Below are positions 50,927-59,820 of a stretch of 64,000 nt of DNA, in pieces. The stretch comes from Sphingomonas sp. Its GTDB lineage: Bacteria > Pseudomonadota > Alphaproteobacteria > Sphingomonadales > Sphingomonadaceae. Location: NCBI GenBank assembly GCA_021732465.1, contig JAKFUX010000011.1, forward strand, positions 9,374 to 73,373, given 5' to 3'. Each line of letters begins with the position of its first letter. Within the stretch, counting starts at the first letter, position 1. Below the pieces are notes generated by a model. That model did no database searches, was not told where the DNA came from, and saw only the letters and a list, made by a program, of their open reading frames with translations. The translations under genes and the position numbers were made by a program.

Positions 50927-53900
50927 ATGACACCTTTCATTCGCCGCCAATTGCTCGCCTCGACGATCGTCGCAGGCGCAATGCTTGGTTCCGCACCCGC
51001 ATGGGCACAGGACGCGACGCCGTCCGATTCCACGCCAAAGGCCGAACAGGTAGACATCGTTGTTACCGGTTCGCTGATCCGCAACCCCAATCTGGCTTCG
51101 TCGAACCCGATCACGGTGTTGAGCGAAAACGAAATTCAGCTCCGCCAGGTTAACACGGCCGAAGATCTGCTGCGCACGGTGCCGGGCATTGTGGCGAGCA
51201 TTGGCTCTGCCGTGAATAACGGCAATGGCGGTGCATCCTTCGCCGATTTGCGCGGCCTTGGTACCAACCGCAACCTGGTGCTGATCGATGGCAATCGCCT
51301 CGCTCCGTCGGGTCTTGGCGGCGTGTTCGATCTTAACAACATTCCCGTCGCGCTCATTCAGCGCGTTGAATCGCTGACCGGCGGTGCAACGACGACCTAT
51401 GGTGCCGACGCGATCGCGGGTGTCATCAACTTCATCACCAAGCAGGATTTCCAGGGCGTTGATCTGACCTCGTCCTATCAGGTGACCGGCCGGGGCGACG
51501 GCGCCTATTATCGCTCCGATCTAACGGTTGGCACCTCGACCCCCGACGGCCGTGGCAACGTGGTTTTCTCGGTTGGGTATCAGGAATCAAAGCCCGTAAC
51601 TCAGGGTGATCGCTCTTTCTCCATCAACAACGTCGATTCGTTTTCCGGCGGTACCGGCGGGTCCGGGACGAGCGTGCCGGCTCGCCTGCTCGGCCTGCCA
51701 GTCGGTAATCGGCAGTTCAACACGGACACGGGCGATCTCCGGCCGACGGCGGCCTTCGATTCCTTTAACTTCAATCCTTTCAATATTTTCCAGACGCCAT
51801 TCACGCGTTACAACATCTATGGTGCCGCTCGTTACGAACTGAGTGACGACGTGGAAGTCTACTCGCGCGGTCTCTTCTCGAAGAACGTCGTCCAGACGAT
51901 CATCGCTCCATCGGGCGCTTTCGCGACGCCGGTGCGCATTCCGCTGAGCAACCCGTTCCTGCCTGTCGCGGCGCGCAACACCATCTGCTCGCAATTTGCT
52001 GGCAGCGCTCTCGATTTTAATCGGAATGCGGCCGGCGTCCAGTCGCTCGACCCGGCATCGTGCGGCGCTGCTGCTGCGGCCACGGGCCCCAACGACCCCA
52101 ACTACCGCGAAATCAGCGTAAACCTCTCACGCCGTACGCCTGAAGCTGGTCCGCGCACGAGCACCTTTACCACGACCTATTTCGATTATCGGCTTGGCTT
52201 CCGTGGCGATATTGGTTCGCATGTCAGCTGGGACATCAATGGTTCTTATGGCCAGAGCAACAACAGCTCGCTGACGGGCGGCTATCTGCTCAACAGCCGT
52301 ATCGCTCAATCGTTGCTCACCCAGGGCAACGGCGCCACGGCAACCTGCCAAGTCAGCACCAATGGTTGCGTGCCGGCCAACTTCTTCGGCGCCCTGGGAT
52401 CGCTTACGCCCGCCCAGACCGCTTTCCTGGTCGGTGATTCGATTGTGACGACGGACACTGCTCTGACGCAGTTCCATGCCGCGATTAGCGGCGATTTTGG
52501 CTATAGCAGCCCCTTTGCCAATGATCCCATCGGCTTTGCGGTTGCCGGCGAATATCGCAAATATGATGCGAAGATTTTCTCCGATACGCTCGCCTCGTCG
52601 GGCGATCTTGCCGGCGCCGGTGGTGCGCAGCCAAACGTGACTGGCTCGTATGATGTTTATGAAGGTATCGGCGAAATCAGCATTCCGTTGGTTCAGGATC
52701 GCCCATTCTTCAAGGATTTGACGATCAATGGCGGCGTTCGCTATTCGGCATATTCGGTGAACGCCGCGACGCCGAGCACGTTTAATCCAACGACGTGGAG
52801 CTTCCGCGGCTCCTGGCAAGTGGATGAACACTTCCGCGTCCGTGGCACCTATGCACGGTCGGCTCGCGCACCCAATATTGGTGAATTGTTCTCGCCGCAG
52901 ACGACTGGCTTGACCAACCTGAGCGCGACGGCAGACCCTTGCGCCAACCTGCTCGACAACGGCACGAATATTCCGGGCCGTGCTGCGCCAACCGGCGCTC
53001 TGCGTGATGTCTGCATCTTGCAGGGTGCTCCGGCTGCGCGGATCGGCACGATCCCCGTGCCGACCGCAGGCCAGGCCAACCAGACTTCGGGCGGCAACGC
53101 GCTGCTTGGACCTGAAATCTCGAACAGCTTCACGGCTGGTTTCGCGATCACCAATCCGTTTCCTGGTTTCACGCTGACTGTTGATTATTTCAACATCAGC
53201 CTTACCGGCGCGGTTTCCACCCCTACCCCGGGCGATGTGATCGCTGCATGCTTCAGCGCTGTGTCGACAGCAAACCCCGCGTGCAGTCGTGCCAATATCG
53301 GGCGCGATACGGTGACTGGCGGCCTTTCAGGCGATACCAACACCGTTCCCGGCCTGCTCCTGGCATTGTCAAACCTGGGCGTTATCAAGACCGATGGTAT
53401 CGATCTGCAGGCCGCCTATGCTCGCGACCTGGGCTTCGCAAAACTGAACCTTGATTTCGTCGGCACCTGGACAAACCGAAATACGTTCCAGGCTTCGCCA
53501 TCGGGGGTCAATCGTGATTGCGTCGGCTTTTACAGTGCCAACTGTGCATCGATCCAGCCGAAGTACCAGTTCTCGCAGCGGACGTCGTTGAGCTTCGACA
53601 AGGTCGATTTCTCGGTACTGTGGCGTTACCTCAGCCCGACTCAATACGAGCCGCTCGAAGCATTTGAGAATGGCGCGTTGTTCAGCGGTCCGGTCCCATC
53701 AGAGGGCGGTCGAGTATTCGACTTCAACCGCATCAGTGCATACCATTATTTCGATTTCACCGCGCGCGCTGCGGTAACCGAAATGATTTCGCTCACCTTC
53801 TCGGTTCAGAACCTGTTCGACCGCGCTCCTCCGCTCGTGGGCAGCACGGCAGGTTCGACCGCTTTCAACAGCGGCAATACCTATCCGTCGACCTATGACT

Positions 53901-53944
53901 CACTTGGTCGCCGCTTCGCGGTTACGGCGCGCCTGCGCTTTTAA
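50927..53944 (+). CDS. TonB-dependent receptor
   Basis: Signal peptide, IVVTGSLI, LRGLG..RNLVLIDG, YGADAIAGVINFI, RAPNIGELF, C-terminal LRF. Confidence 0.96.
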   Translation: MTPFIRRQLLASTIVAGAMLGSAPAWAQDATPSDSTPKAEQVDIVVTGSLIRNPNLASSNPITVLSENEIQLRQVNTAEDLLRTVPGIVASIGSAVNNGNGGASFADLRGLGTNRNLVLIDGNRLAPSGLGGVFDLNNIPVALIQRVESLTGGATTTYGADAIAGVINFITKQDFQGVDLTSSYQVTGRGDGAYYRSDLTVGTSTPDGRGNVVFSVGYQESKPVTQGDRSFSINNVDSFSGGTGGSGTSVPARLLGLPVGNRQFNTDTGDLRPTAAFDSFNFNPFNIFQTPFTRYNIYGAARYELSDDVEVYSRGLFSKNVVQTIIAPSGAFATPVRIPLSNPFLPVAARNTICSQFAGSALDFNRNAAGVQSLDPASCGAAAAATGPNDPNYREISVNLSRRTPEAGPRTSTFTTTYFDYRLGFRGDIGSHVSWDINGSYGQSNNSSLTGGYLLNSRIAQSLLTQGNGATATCQVSTNGCVPANFFGALGSLTPAQTAFLVGDSIVTTDTALTQFHAAISGDFGYSSPFANDPIGFAVAGEYRKYDAKIFSDTLASSGDLAGAGGAQPNVTGSYDVYEGIGEISIPLVQDRPFFKDLTINGGVRYSAYSVNAATPSTFNPTTWSFRGSWQVDEHFRVRGTYARSARAPNIGELFSPQTTGLTNLSATADPCANLLDNGTNIPGRAAPTGALRDVCILQGAPAARIGTIPVPTAGQANQTSGGNALLGPEISNSFTAGFAITNPFPGFTLTVDYFNISLTGAVSTPTPGDVIAACFSAVSTANPACSRANIGRDTVTGGLSGDTNTVPGLLLALSNLGVIKTDGIDLQAAYARDLGFAKLNLDFVGTWTNRNTFQASPSGVNRDCVGFYSANCASIQPKYQFSQRTSLSFDKVDFSVLWRYLSPTQYEPLEAFENGALFSGPVPSEGGRVFDFNRISAYHYFDFTARAAVTEMISLTFSVQNLFDRAPPLVGSTAGSTAFNSGNTYPSTYDSLGRRFAVTARLRF

Positions 53945-53969
53945 ACGCTGACGCTTTAAACTAAGTTCA

Positions 53970-54002
53970 GGGGCATGCCGGATTCGGCATGCCCCTTTTT
54001 TT
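53970..54002 (+). terminator. Intrinsic terminator after the TBDR
   Basis: GGGGCATGCCG-GATT-CGGCATGCCCC followed by TTTTTT. Confidence 0.9.
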
Positions 54003-54046
54003 GCCCTAACGTTTCGGAATTAACCTTGTTGATTGAGGATAGTTTT

Positions 54047-54304
54047 ATGATCCGCAGTTTTTCAGCCCTCGCCATGCTTGCTCTGCCGATCCCCGTTCTC
54101 GCGCAGGATTCATCGCCACCTGCTGCCTCGCCTGAAAAGCCAAAGACCGAAATGATCTGCCGCTCCGATCGAACAACCGGATCCATGATCGCGTCGAAAA
54201 AGCGTTGTTACACGCGTGACGAATGGGATCGACTTGCCCAAGGCGCGCGCGCGATGACCGAGCGGATGATGGACGACAATCGCAGCCGCCCCGGCAACCA
54301 ATAG
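54047..54304 (+). CDS. Small exported 2-Cys protein (C-x5-TGS-x7-C-x-T..W)
   Basis: GAGG RBS, signal peptide, ICRSDRTTGSMIASKKRCYTRDEW. Confidence 0.8.
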   Translation: MIRSFSALAMLALPIPVLAQDSSPPAASPEKPKTEMICRSDRTTGSMIASKKRCYTRDEWDRLAQGARAMTERMMDDNRSRPGNQ

Positions 54305-54320
54305 GCGATCGTCAGCCACC

Positions 54321-55622
54321 ATGAATGCGACTGTTTCACTCGAGTGTGAAAAACTCCTTCAGGGCGCTGCGGTCGCGCGACGCCAGGGCGACCGGGATCG
54401 GGAACAACGCACGCTCGCGGCTGTGCTCGATCTTGATCCGAACCATCCGGTCGCGCATAACTCGCTCGGCATGATCGCGCTTGCCCGGCGTGACGGCCAA
54501 ACCGCTACGCTCCATTTCGAAAGGGCCTGTGCGGCTGACCCGCACGAGCCAACGCTATGGGTAAATCTGGCCAGTGCTGCCCGGATGCAGGGTGATACCG
54601 GCCGTGAAAGGGCCGGGCTTGAGCGTGCGCTGTCGCTCGATCAGCGCCACCTTATTGCCAACATCCGGTTTGCCGAACTCCATGAACGTGAGCGTGAGAC
54701 TGCTGCTGCAGCCGCGCGCTGGTCTGCCGTAATTGCACTCGTGGCACCGATTCCAGACAAGTCGCCGGCATATCAGGGGGTGTTGGCCCATGCGCAGGAT
54801 TTCGTCGAACGCTATCAGCGTGAATTCAGCGACGTGATCGACCAGAGCTTGGCCGAAATTCGGGGCACCGTCCCCGCCTCGGATAGGCTTCGCGTCGATG
54901 CCTGTATCGATGCGGTGCTTGGACGACGGCGGATCTATCTCAATCAGCCGCATGGGCTCCATTTCCCCTTTCTCCCCGCCGAGGAGTTTTTCGCGCGAGA
55001 AATGTTTCCGTGGCTGACCGAATTTGAAGAACAGGCCTCGGCAATCCGCACTGAGTTACTCGCCCTCATCGAAGCCGACATGCCCGGGCTCGAACCCTAT
55101 GTCAGCATGCCACCAGGTACTCCCGATAACAAATGGACTGCCCTTGATGGCAAGCTTGATTGGGGCGCCTATTTTCTGTGGAAATTCGGGGAGCGAATCG
55201 ATTCGGCCTGCGCGCGCTGCCCGGTGACAGCGGCAATCATCGATAAACTGCCACTTGCCGACATGCCCGGTCGGGCGCCGACCGCGTTCTTCTCACTGTT
55301 AAAGCCGCATACGCGTTTGCCGCCGCACACCGGTGTTACCAACGCGCGCGCGATTGTCCATCTGCCGCTCATCGTCCCGCCTGGCTGTGGCTTTCGTGTT
55401 GGCGGCGAGACGCGCGAATGGCATGAGGGTCAGGCATTCGCTTTCGACGACACGATCGAGCACGAAGCGTGGAACAACAGTAATCAGCTTCGGGCGATGC
55501 TGATCCTTGATGCGTGGAACCCGCATATTACGCCGGATGAACGCACCGTGCTCCGCCATTTCTTTGCAGCAGCCAATGCCAGCGGACTCGACCCGGGACT
55601 CGCCGGAGGCACCGGCAACTAG
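54321..55622 (+). CDS. TPR-containing aspartyl/asparaginyl beta-hydroxylase-family 2OG oxygenase
   Basis: N-terminal TPRs; FSLLKP, PHTGVTN, HLPL, FDDTIEHEAWN. Confidence 0.9.
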   Translation: MNATVSLECEKLLQGAAVARRQGDRDREQRTLAAVLDLDPNHPVAHNSLGMIALARRDGQTATLHFERACAADPHEPTLWVNLASAARMQGDTGRERAGLERALSLDQRHLIANIRFAELHERERETAAAAARWSAVIALVAPIPDKSPAYQGVLAHAQDFVERYQREFSDVIDQSLAEIRGTVPASDRLRVDACIDAVLGRRRIYLNQPHGLHFPFLPAEEFFAREMFPWLTEFEEQASAIRTELLALIEADMPGLEPYVSMPPGTPDNKWTALDGKLDWGAYFLWKFGERIDSACARCPVTAAIIDKLPLADMPGRAPTAFFSLLKPHTRLPPHTGVTNARAIVHLPLIVPPGCGFRVGGETREWHEGQAFAFDDTIEHEAWNNSNQLRAMLILDAWNPHITPDERTVLRHFFAAANASGLDPGLAGGTGN

Positions 55623-55623
55623 A

Positions 55624-56092
55624 CTAACTGATATCGAGTTCCAGGCCGCCATCGCCTTCGTCCACATTGATCGCCGCGCCATCCTTCACATCGCCACGCA
55701 GGATCAGGTCGGCGAGCGGGTCATGAAGATAGCGCTGCACCGCGCGCTTCAGCGGCCGGGCGCCATAGACGGGTTCATAGCCTGCCCGGCCCAGCCAGCT
55801 ACGCGCCCCCTCGGTCAGGGTAATCGTCACCTTGCGATCTGCCAGCAGTTTACGGACACGATGAACCTGAATGTCGACAATCGGCGCCATCTCGCTTTGG
55901 CCAAGCCGGTGGAACAGCACAATTTCGTCAAGCCGGTTGAGGAATTCGGGCCGGAAATGGCCGCGCACCATCTCCATCACTTGCGGCTCAACCGAGGCAA
56001 CCGGATCGCTGTCAGCACGCGCTGTCAGATACTGGCTTCCCAGGTTTGATGTCAGCACGATGATCGTGTTGGTGAAATCAACCGTGCGACCC
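55624..56092 (-). pseudogene. clpB: Truncated duplicate of the clpB 3' end (469 bp)
   Basis: Colinear with 57070-57538 at a constant offset of 1446; no start or promoter. Confidence 0.92.
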
Positions 56093-56119
56093 GAATTGCT
56101 GCAGGCCATAGATTTGGCA

Positions 56120-56507
56120 CCGGTGATGCCGCAGTGAACCAGGCACCAGCGGACGACCGCTTCGTCGGATACGTTCGATTTCTCGCTGCTGTGGCGCTAC
56201 ATCAGCGGTGGCGAGCTTTGAACCGCGCACCTCGGCAGCAGCGTCGGAGCCGGTGGTTCAACGAAGCCCGCCAGAATTGTCGGTACAAATCGCCGGATTC
56301 GAGCCGATAACTATTTGGCTTTGTCGATGAGGATTTAGGCTTCCACAAATTCTCGAATGAACTTCGTGATCGACGGATTATTCGGCCTTGATCCGCGGGA
56401 CCTCGACAAACCGAACGAAATGTTCCCGTTCAGGGGCGGCAGCATTTACATGTCGGCCTATGTTGTACTGGGCCTATGTCTCACGATTCTGCGTCAGGTT
56501 GATCCTA
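56120..56507 (+). pseudogene. Decayed TonB-dependent receptor C-terminus
   Basis: QRTTASSDTFDFSLLWRYIS, then (after frameshifts and a stop) RIRADNY..LFGLDP..FRGGSIYMSAYVVLG. Colinear with QRTSLSFDKVDFSVLWRYLS..RISAYHY..LFDRAP..FNSGNTYPSTYDSLG of the intact TBDR. Confidence 0.78.
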
Positions 56508-56577
56508 GAGGATCATCTTTATCTGAATGAAAATTGGACCGAGACCGGTTTTTCGTTCACGCGCTAATCTGTATTGC

Positions 56578-56602
56578 AAACTACCGAAAATTTTGGTAAT
56601 TT
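56578..56602. promoter_or_regulatory. Imperfect palindrome upstream of the Cys-rich gene (lux-box-like)
   Basis: AAACTACCGAAAATTTTGGTAATTT. Confidence 0.45.
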
Positions 56603-56690
56603 TGTCAGTGTTGATCAACATATCATCCGAAACATATGCAGTTCGATCTATCGATTGCTTTATGCACCATAGAAAATGGAGAAATTTGAT

Positions 56691-56996
56691 ATGAGAAAGA
56701 TCAGATACCTTTATTCATTGAGTATTCTTTTGATTCTAGCGCCCTTTAATGTCGCCATTGCTCAAGACAATCCGCCGACAAACCTTGTTGAGTGCCTTAA
56801 TCAATGTATTGCGGCCTATCCTGACAGGGGTTATGAATGCTCAACTTCATGCGATCAAGCTTTCGGTAGCGGCGGTCGTGATGACAGTGACGGCAATCCG
56901 GTGCCCCCTTCTGCAGGCCCGCGTGTTTTTTATTGTCCGGGCGGCATAGAGTATCTTATTGGGGGTAATGTCTGTTATCTTAATAACCCAAATTAA
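56691..56996 (+). CDS. Small exported 6-Cys protein, AT-rich
   Basis: GGAG RBS, signal peptide ending AIA-Q, CxxxC..CxxxC..C..C. Confidence 0.75.
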   Translation: MRKIRYLYSLSILLILAPFNVAIAQDNPPTNLVECLNQCIAAYPDRGYECSTSCDQAFGSGGRDDSDGNPVPPSAGPRVFYCPGGIEYLIGGNVCYLNNPN

Positions 56997-57022
56997 AAGA
57001 AAATATCGAGCAAGCCATATGT

Positions 57023-57056
57023 AGGGCGCGAGAGGTCACACTTCCCGCGCCCTTTT
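57023..57056. terminator. Terminator between the Cys-rich gene and clpB
   Basis: AGGGCGCG...CGCGCCCTTTT. Confidence 0.65.
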
Positions 57057-57069
57057 GTTGTCCCGAACG

Positions 57070-59649
57070 TCACCCGACCTGCAGCACCAGCGCGCCATCG
57101 CCATCCGTAACATGCACGGCTTGACCATCCTTGATCGCGCCCGACAGGATCAGGTCGGCGAGCGGGTCTTGCAGATAACGCTGCACGGCGCGCTTCAGGG
57201 GGCGCGCGCCATAAACCGGATCATAGCCCACGCGACCCAGCCAGCTCCGTGCCCCCGCCGTGAGTTCGATTGTTACCTTGCGTTCGGCTAGCAGCCGCCG
57301 GACACGATCAACCTGAATGTCGACAATCGGCGCCATTTCGCTCTGGCCAAGCCGGTGGAACAGCACAATTTCGTCCAGCCGGTTGAGGAATTCAGGCCGG
57401 AAATGGCCGCGCACCATCTCCATCACTTGCGGCTCAACCGAGGCAACCGGATCGCCATCAGCAAGCGCTGTCAGATACTGGCTTCCCAGGTTTGATGTCA
57501 GCACGATGATCGTGTTGGTGAAATCAACCGTGCGACCCTGCCCATCGGTTAGCCGCCCGTCATCCAATACCTGGAGCAAGATGTTGAACACATCGCCGTG
57601 TGCCTTCTCCACCTCATCAAACAGCACCACCTGATAGGGGCGGCGGCGTACCGCTTCGGTTAAAACCCCGCCCTCATCGTAACCGACATAGCCCGGAGGG
57701 GCGCCGATCAATCTGGCGACGGCGTGCTTTTCCATGAACTCGCTCATGTCGATACGCACCATTGCGGTGGGATCATCGAACAGAAACTCGGCGAGTGCCT
57801 TGGTCAGCTCCGTTTTGCCAACGCCGGTTGGGCCGAGAAACAGGAAGCTGCCCAGCGGCCGATTGGGGTCCTGCAACCCCGCGCGCGCGCGGCGCACCGC
57901 GGTGGAAACGGCGTGCACGGCCGCTGCCTGGCCAATCACGCGCTTGCCAAGCGTTTCCTCCATCTGGAGCAACTTGGCGCGCTCGCCCTCCATCATCCGT
58001 TCGACTGGAATGCCGGTCCAGCGCGCGACGACCCCGGCAATATCCTCCGCGGTTACTTCCTCCCGCAGCATTGCCCCTTCGGTTGCGCCCGCTGCCTCGT
58101 CCAACTGGCGCTGCAGTTGCGGGATGGTGCCGTAGGAAAGCTCGCCGGCCCGCGCCAGATTGCCGCTGCGCTGCGCCTGCTCCAGCTCAAGCCGTGCGGC
58201 ATCAAGCTGTTCCTTCAATCGGGCTTCAGCCGCAATCTTGTCCTTCTCGGCCTGCCAACGCTGCGTCAGGCCCGCCGATTGCTGTTCCAAATTGGCAAGT
58301 TCGCCCTCAAGCGTTGCCAGACGATCACGCGATGCTGCATCAGTTTCGCGCTTCAACGCCTCGCGCTCGATTTTCAGCTGGATGATCCGCCGGTCAAGGA
58401 TCTCAATTTCCTCGGGCTTGCTCTCCACTTCCATGCGGATGCGGCTGGCGGCCTCATCCATCAGGTCGATCGCCTTGTCGGGCAGAAAACGGTCCGTGAT
58501 GTAACGGTGCGACAGGGTGGCTGCGGCAACAATGGCCGCATCGGTAATGCGCACGCCGTGGTGCAGCTCATATTTCTCCTTTAATCCGCGCAGGATGGAG
58601 ATGGTGTCGGGCACGGTCGGCTCACCGACGAACACGGGCTGAAAACGCCGCTGGAGGGCGGCGTCCTTTTCAACATGCTTGCGGTATTCATCCAGCGTGG
58701 TTGCACCCACACAGTGAAGCTCGCCGCGCGCCAGCGCCGGCTTGAGCAGGTTGGAGGCGTCCATTGCCCCCTCGCTTTTGCCCGCCCCGATCAACTGGTG
58801 CATTTCATCAATGAACAGCACGATATCGCCCTCGGCAGCGCGCACTTCATCCAATACGCCCTTCAGCCGTTCTTCAAATTCGCCGCGATATTTGGCACCA
58901 GCGACCAGACTGCCCAGATCAAGCGACATCAGCCGCCGCCCTTTCAGCGTATCGGGCACATCGCCATTGGTGATGCGGATCGCCAGCCCTTCTGCAATCG
59001 CGGTTTTGCCGACGCCGGGCTCGCCGATCAGGACAGGGTTGTTCTTGGTGCGGCGCGCCAGAATCTGGATCGTGCGGCGGATTTCCTCGTCGCGGCCAAT
59101 AACAGGATCAAGCTTGCCGTCGCGCGCCGCTTGGGTCAGGTCGCGCGCGAATTTCTTCAGCGCATCATACCGGTCTTCGGCACCCGCAGTGTCTGCCGTG
59201 CGGCCCTTGCGCAGATCGTTAATCGCGGCATTCAACCCCTCTGGCGTCGCGCCCGCTTCCTTGATTGCCTTGCCCGCCACGGTGTTGAGCGACAGCGCCA
59301 GCGCCACAAGCAGACGTTCAACCGTGACATAGCTGTCCCCCGCCTTGGCAGCGACCTGTTCGGCCTGATCAAGGATCCGCACCGCATCATTGTCGATCCC
59401 CGGCGCTTGCTGCGCGCCCGAACCAGACACGGCAGGCACCTTGGCGAGCGCTGCATCGGTTTCGCTCAGCGCGCGTGCGGGGTTGCCGCCTGCGGCCTTG
59501 ATCAGGCCAGAGGCGAGGCCCTGTTCATCTTCCAACAGCGCTTTCAACAAATGCTCCGGCCCGATCCGCTGATGGCTCATGCGGATTGCCACGGTCTGCG
59601 CCGATTGGAGAAAGCCCTTGGCGCGATCAGTGAATTTGTCGAGGTTCAT
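57070..59649 (-). CDS. clpB: ClpB disaggregase
   Basis: Two AAA+ domains ([16 protein letters not shown]), coiled-coil M domain, MNLDKFT start. Confidence 0.98.
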   Translation of the reverse strand: MNLDKFTDRAKGFLQSAQTVAIRMSHQRIGPEHLLKALLEDEQGLASGLIKAAGGNPARALSETDAALAKVPAVSGSGAQQAPGIDNDAVRILDQAEQVAAKAGDSYVTVERLLVALALSLNTVAGKAIKEAGATPEGLNAAINDLRKGRTADTAGAEDRYDALKKFARDLTQAARDGKLDPVIGRDEEIRRTIQILARRTKNNPVLIGEPGVGKTAIAEGLAIRITNGDVPDTLKGRRLMSLDLGSLVAGAKYRGEFEERLKGVLDEVRAAEGDIVLFIDEMHQLIGAGKSEGAMDASNLLKPALARGELHCVGATTLDEYRKHVEKDAALQRRFQPVFVGEPTVPDTISILRGLKEKYELHHGVRITDAAIVAAATLSHRYITDRFLPDKAIDLMDEAASRIRMEVESKPEEIEILDRRIIQLKIEREALKRETDAASRDRLATLEGELANLEQQSAGLTQRWQAEKDKIAAEARLKEQLDAARLELEQAQRSGNLARAGELSYGTIPQLQRQLDEAAGATEGAMLREEVTAEDIAGVVARWTGIPVERMMEGERAKLLQMEETLGKRVIGQAAAVHAVSTAVRRARAGLQDPNRPLGSFLFLGPTGVGKTELTKALAEFLFDDPTAMVRIDMSEFMEKHAVARLIGAPPGYVGYDEGGVLTEAVRRRPYQVVLFDEVEKAHGDVFNILLQVLDDGRLTDGQGRTVDFTNTIIVLTSNLGSQYLTALADGDPVASVEPQVMEMVRGHFRPEFLNRLDEIVLFHRLGQSEMAPIVDIQVDRVRRLLAERKVTIELTAGARSWLGRVGYDPVYGARPLKRAVQRYLQDPLADLILSGAIKDGQAVHVTDGDGALVLQVG

Positions 59650-59699
59650 GCGCAGTTCCTGTTGGTTGCCCCAGGGGATTAGCCGTGAAATACCGGACC

Positions 59700-59729
59700 G
59701 ATGTAGTGTTGCCAATCTGCAACACAAGG
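59700..59729 (-). promoter_or_regulatory. Putative RpoH promoter of clpB with a palindromic spacer
   Basis: Minus strand CTTG-N18-CTACAT; perfect dyad GTGTTGC-N6-GCAACAC at 59706-59725. Confidence 0.55.
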
Positions 59730-59820
59730 GTTGGCCGGCAAGCGTGCCTGATTGTAAATCGCGCTCGCGTCGTGCGGGCCGGGCGGCTAGGCTTGCGCCA
59801 AATCAGAAATGGGGTGGTGG

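Noticed and set aside
55624-56109. Functional 161-aa mini-ClpB
   Set aside because: Homology stops abruptly at 56092 with no RBS, and substitutions at conserved positions (LTARADS, YLHDP) suggest decay
55624-57538. Assembly artefact, or prophage/ICE att duplication in clpB
   Set aside because: The copies are not identical, and the enclosed 1 kb has no integrase or phage genes; read-level confirmation is still advisable
59650-59800. CIRCE element at clpB
   Set aside because: No TTAGCACTC-N9-GAGTGCTAA match
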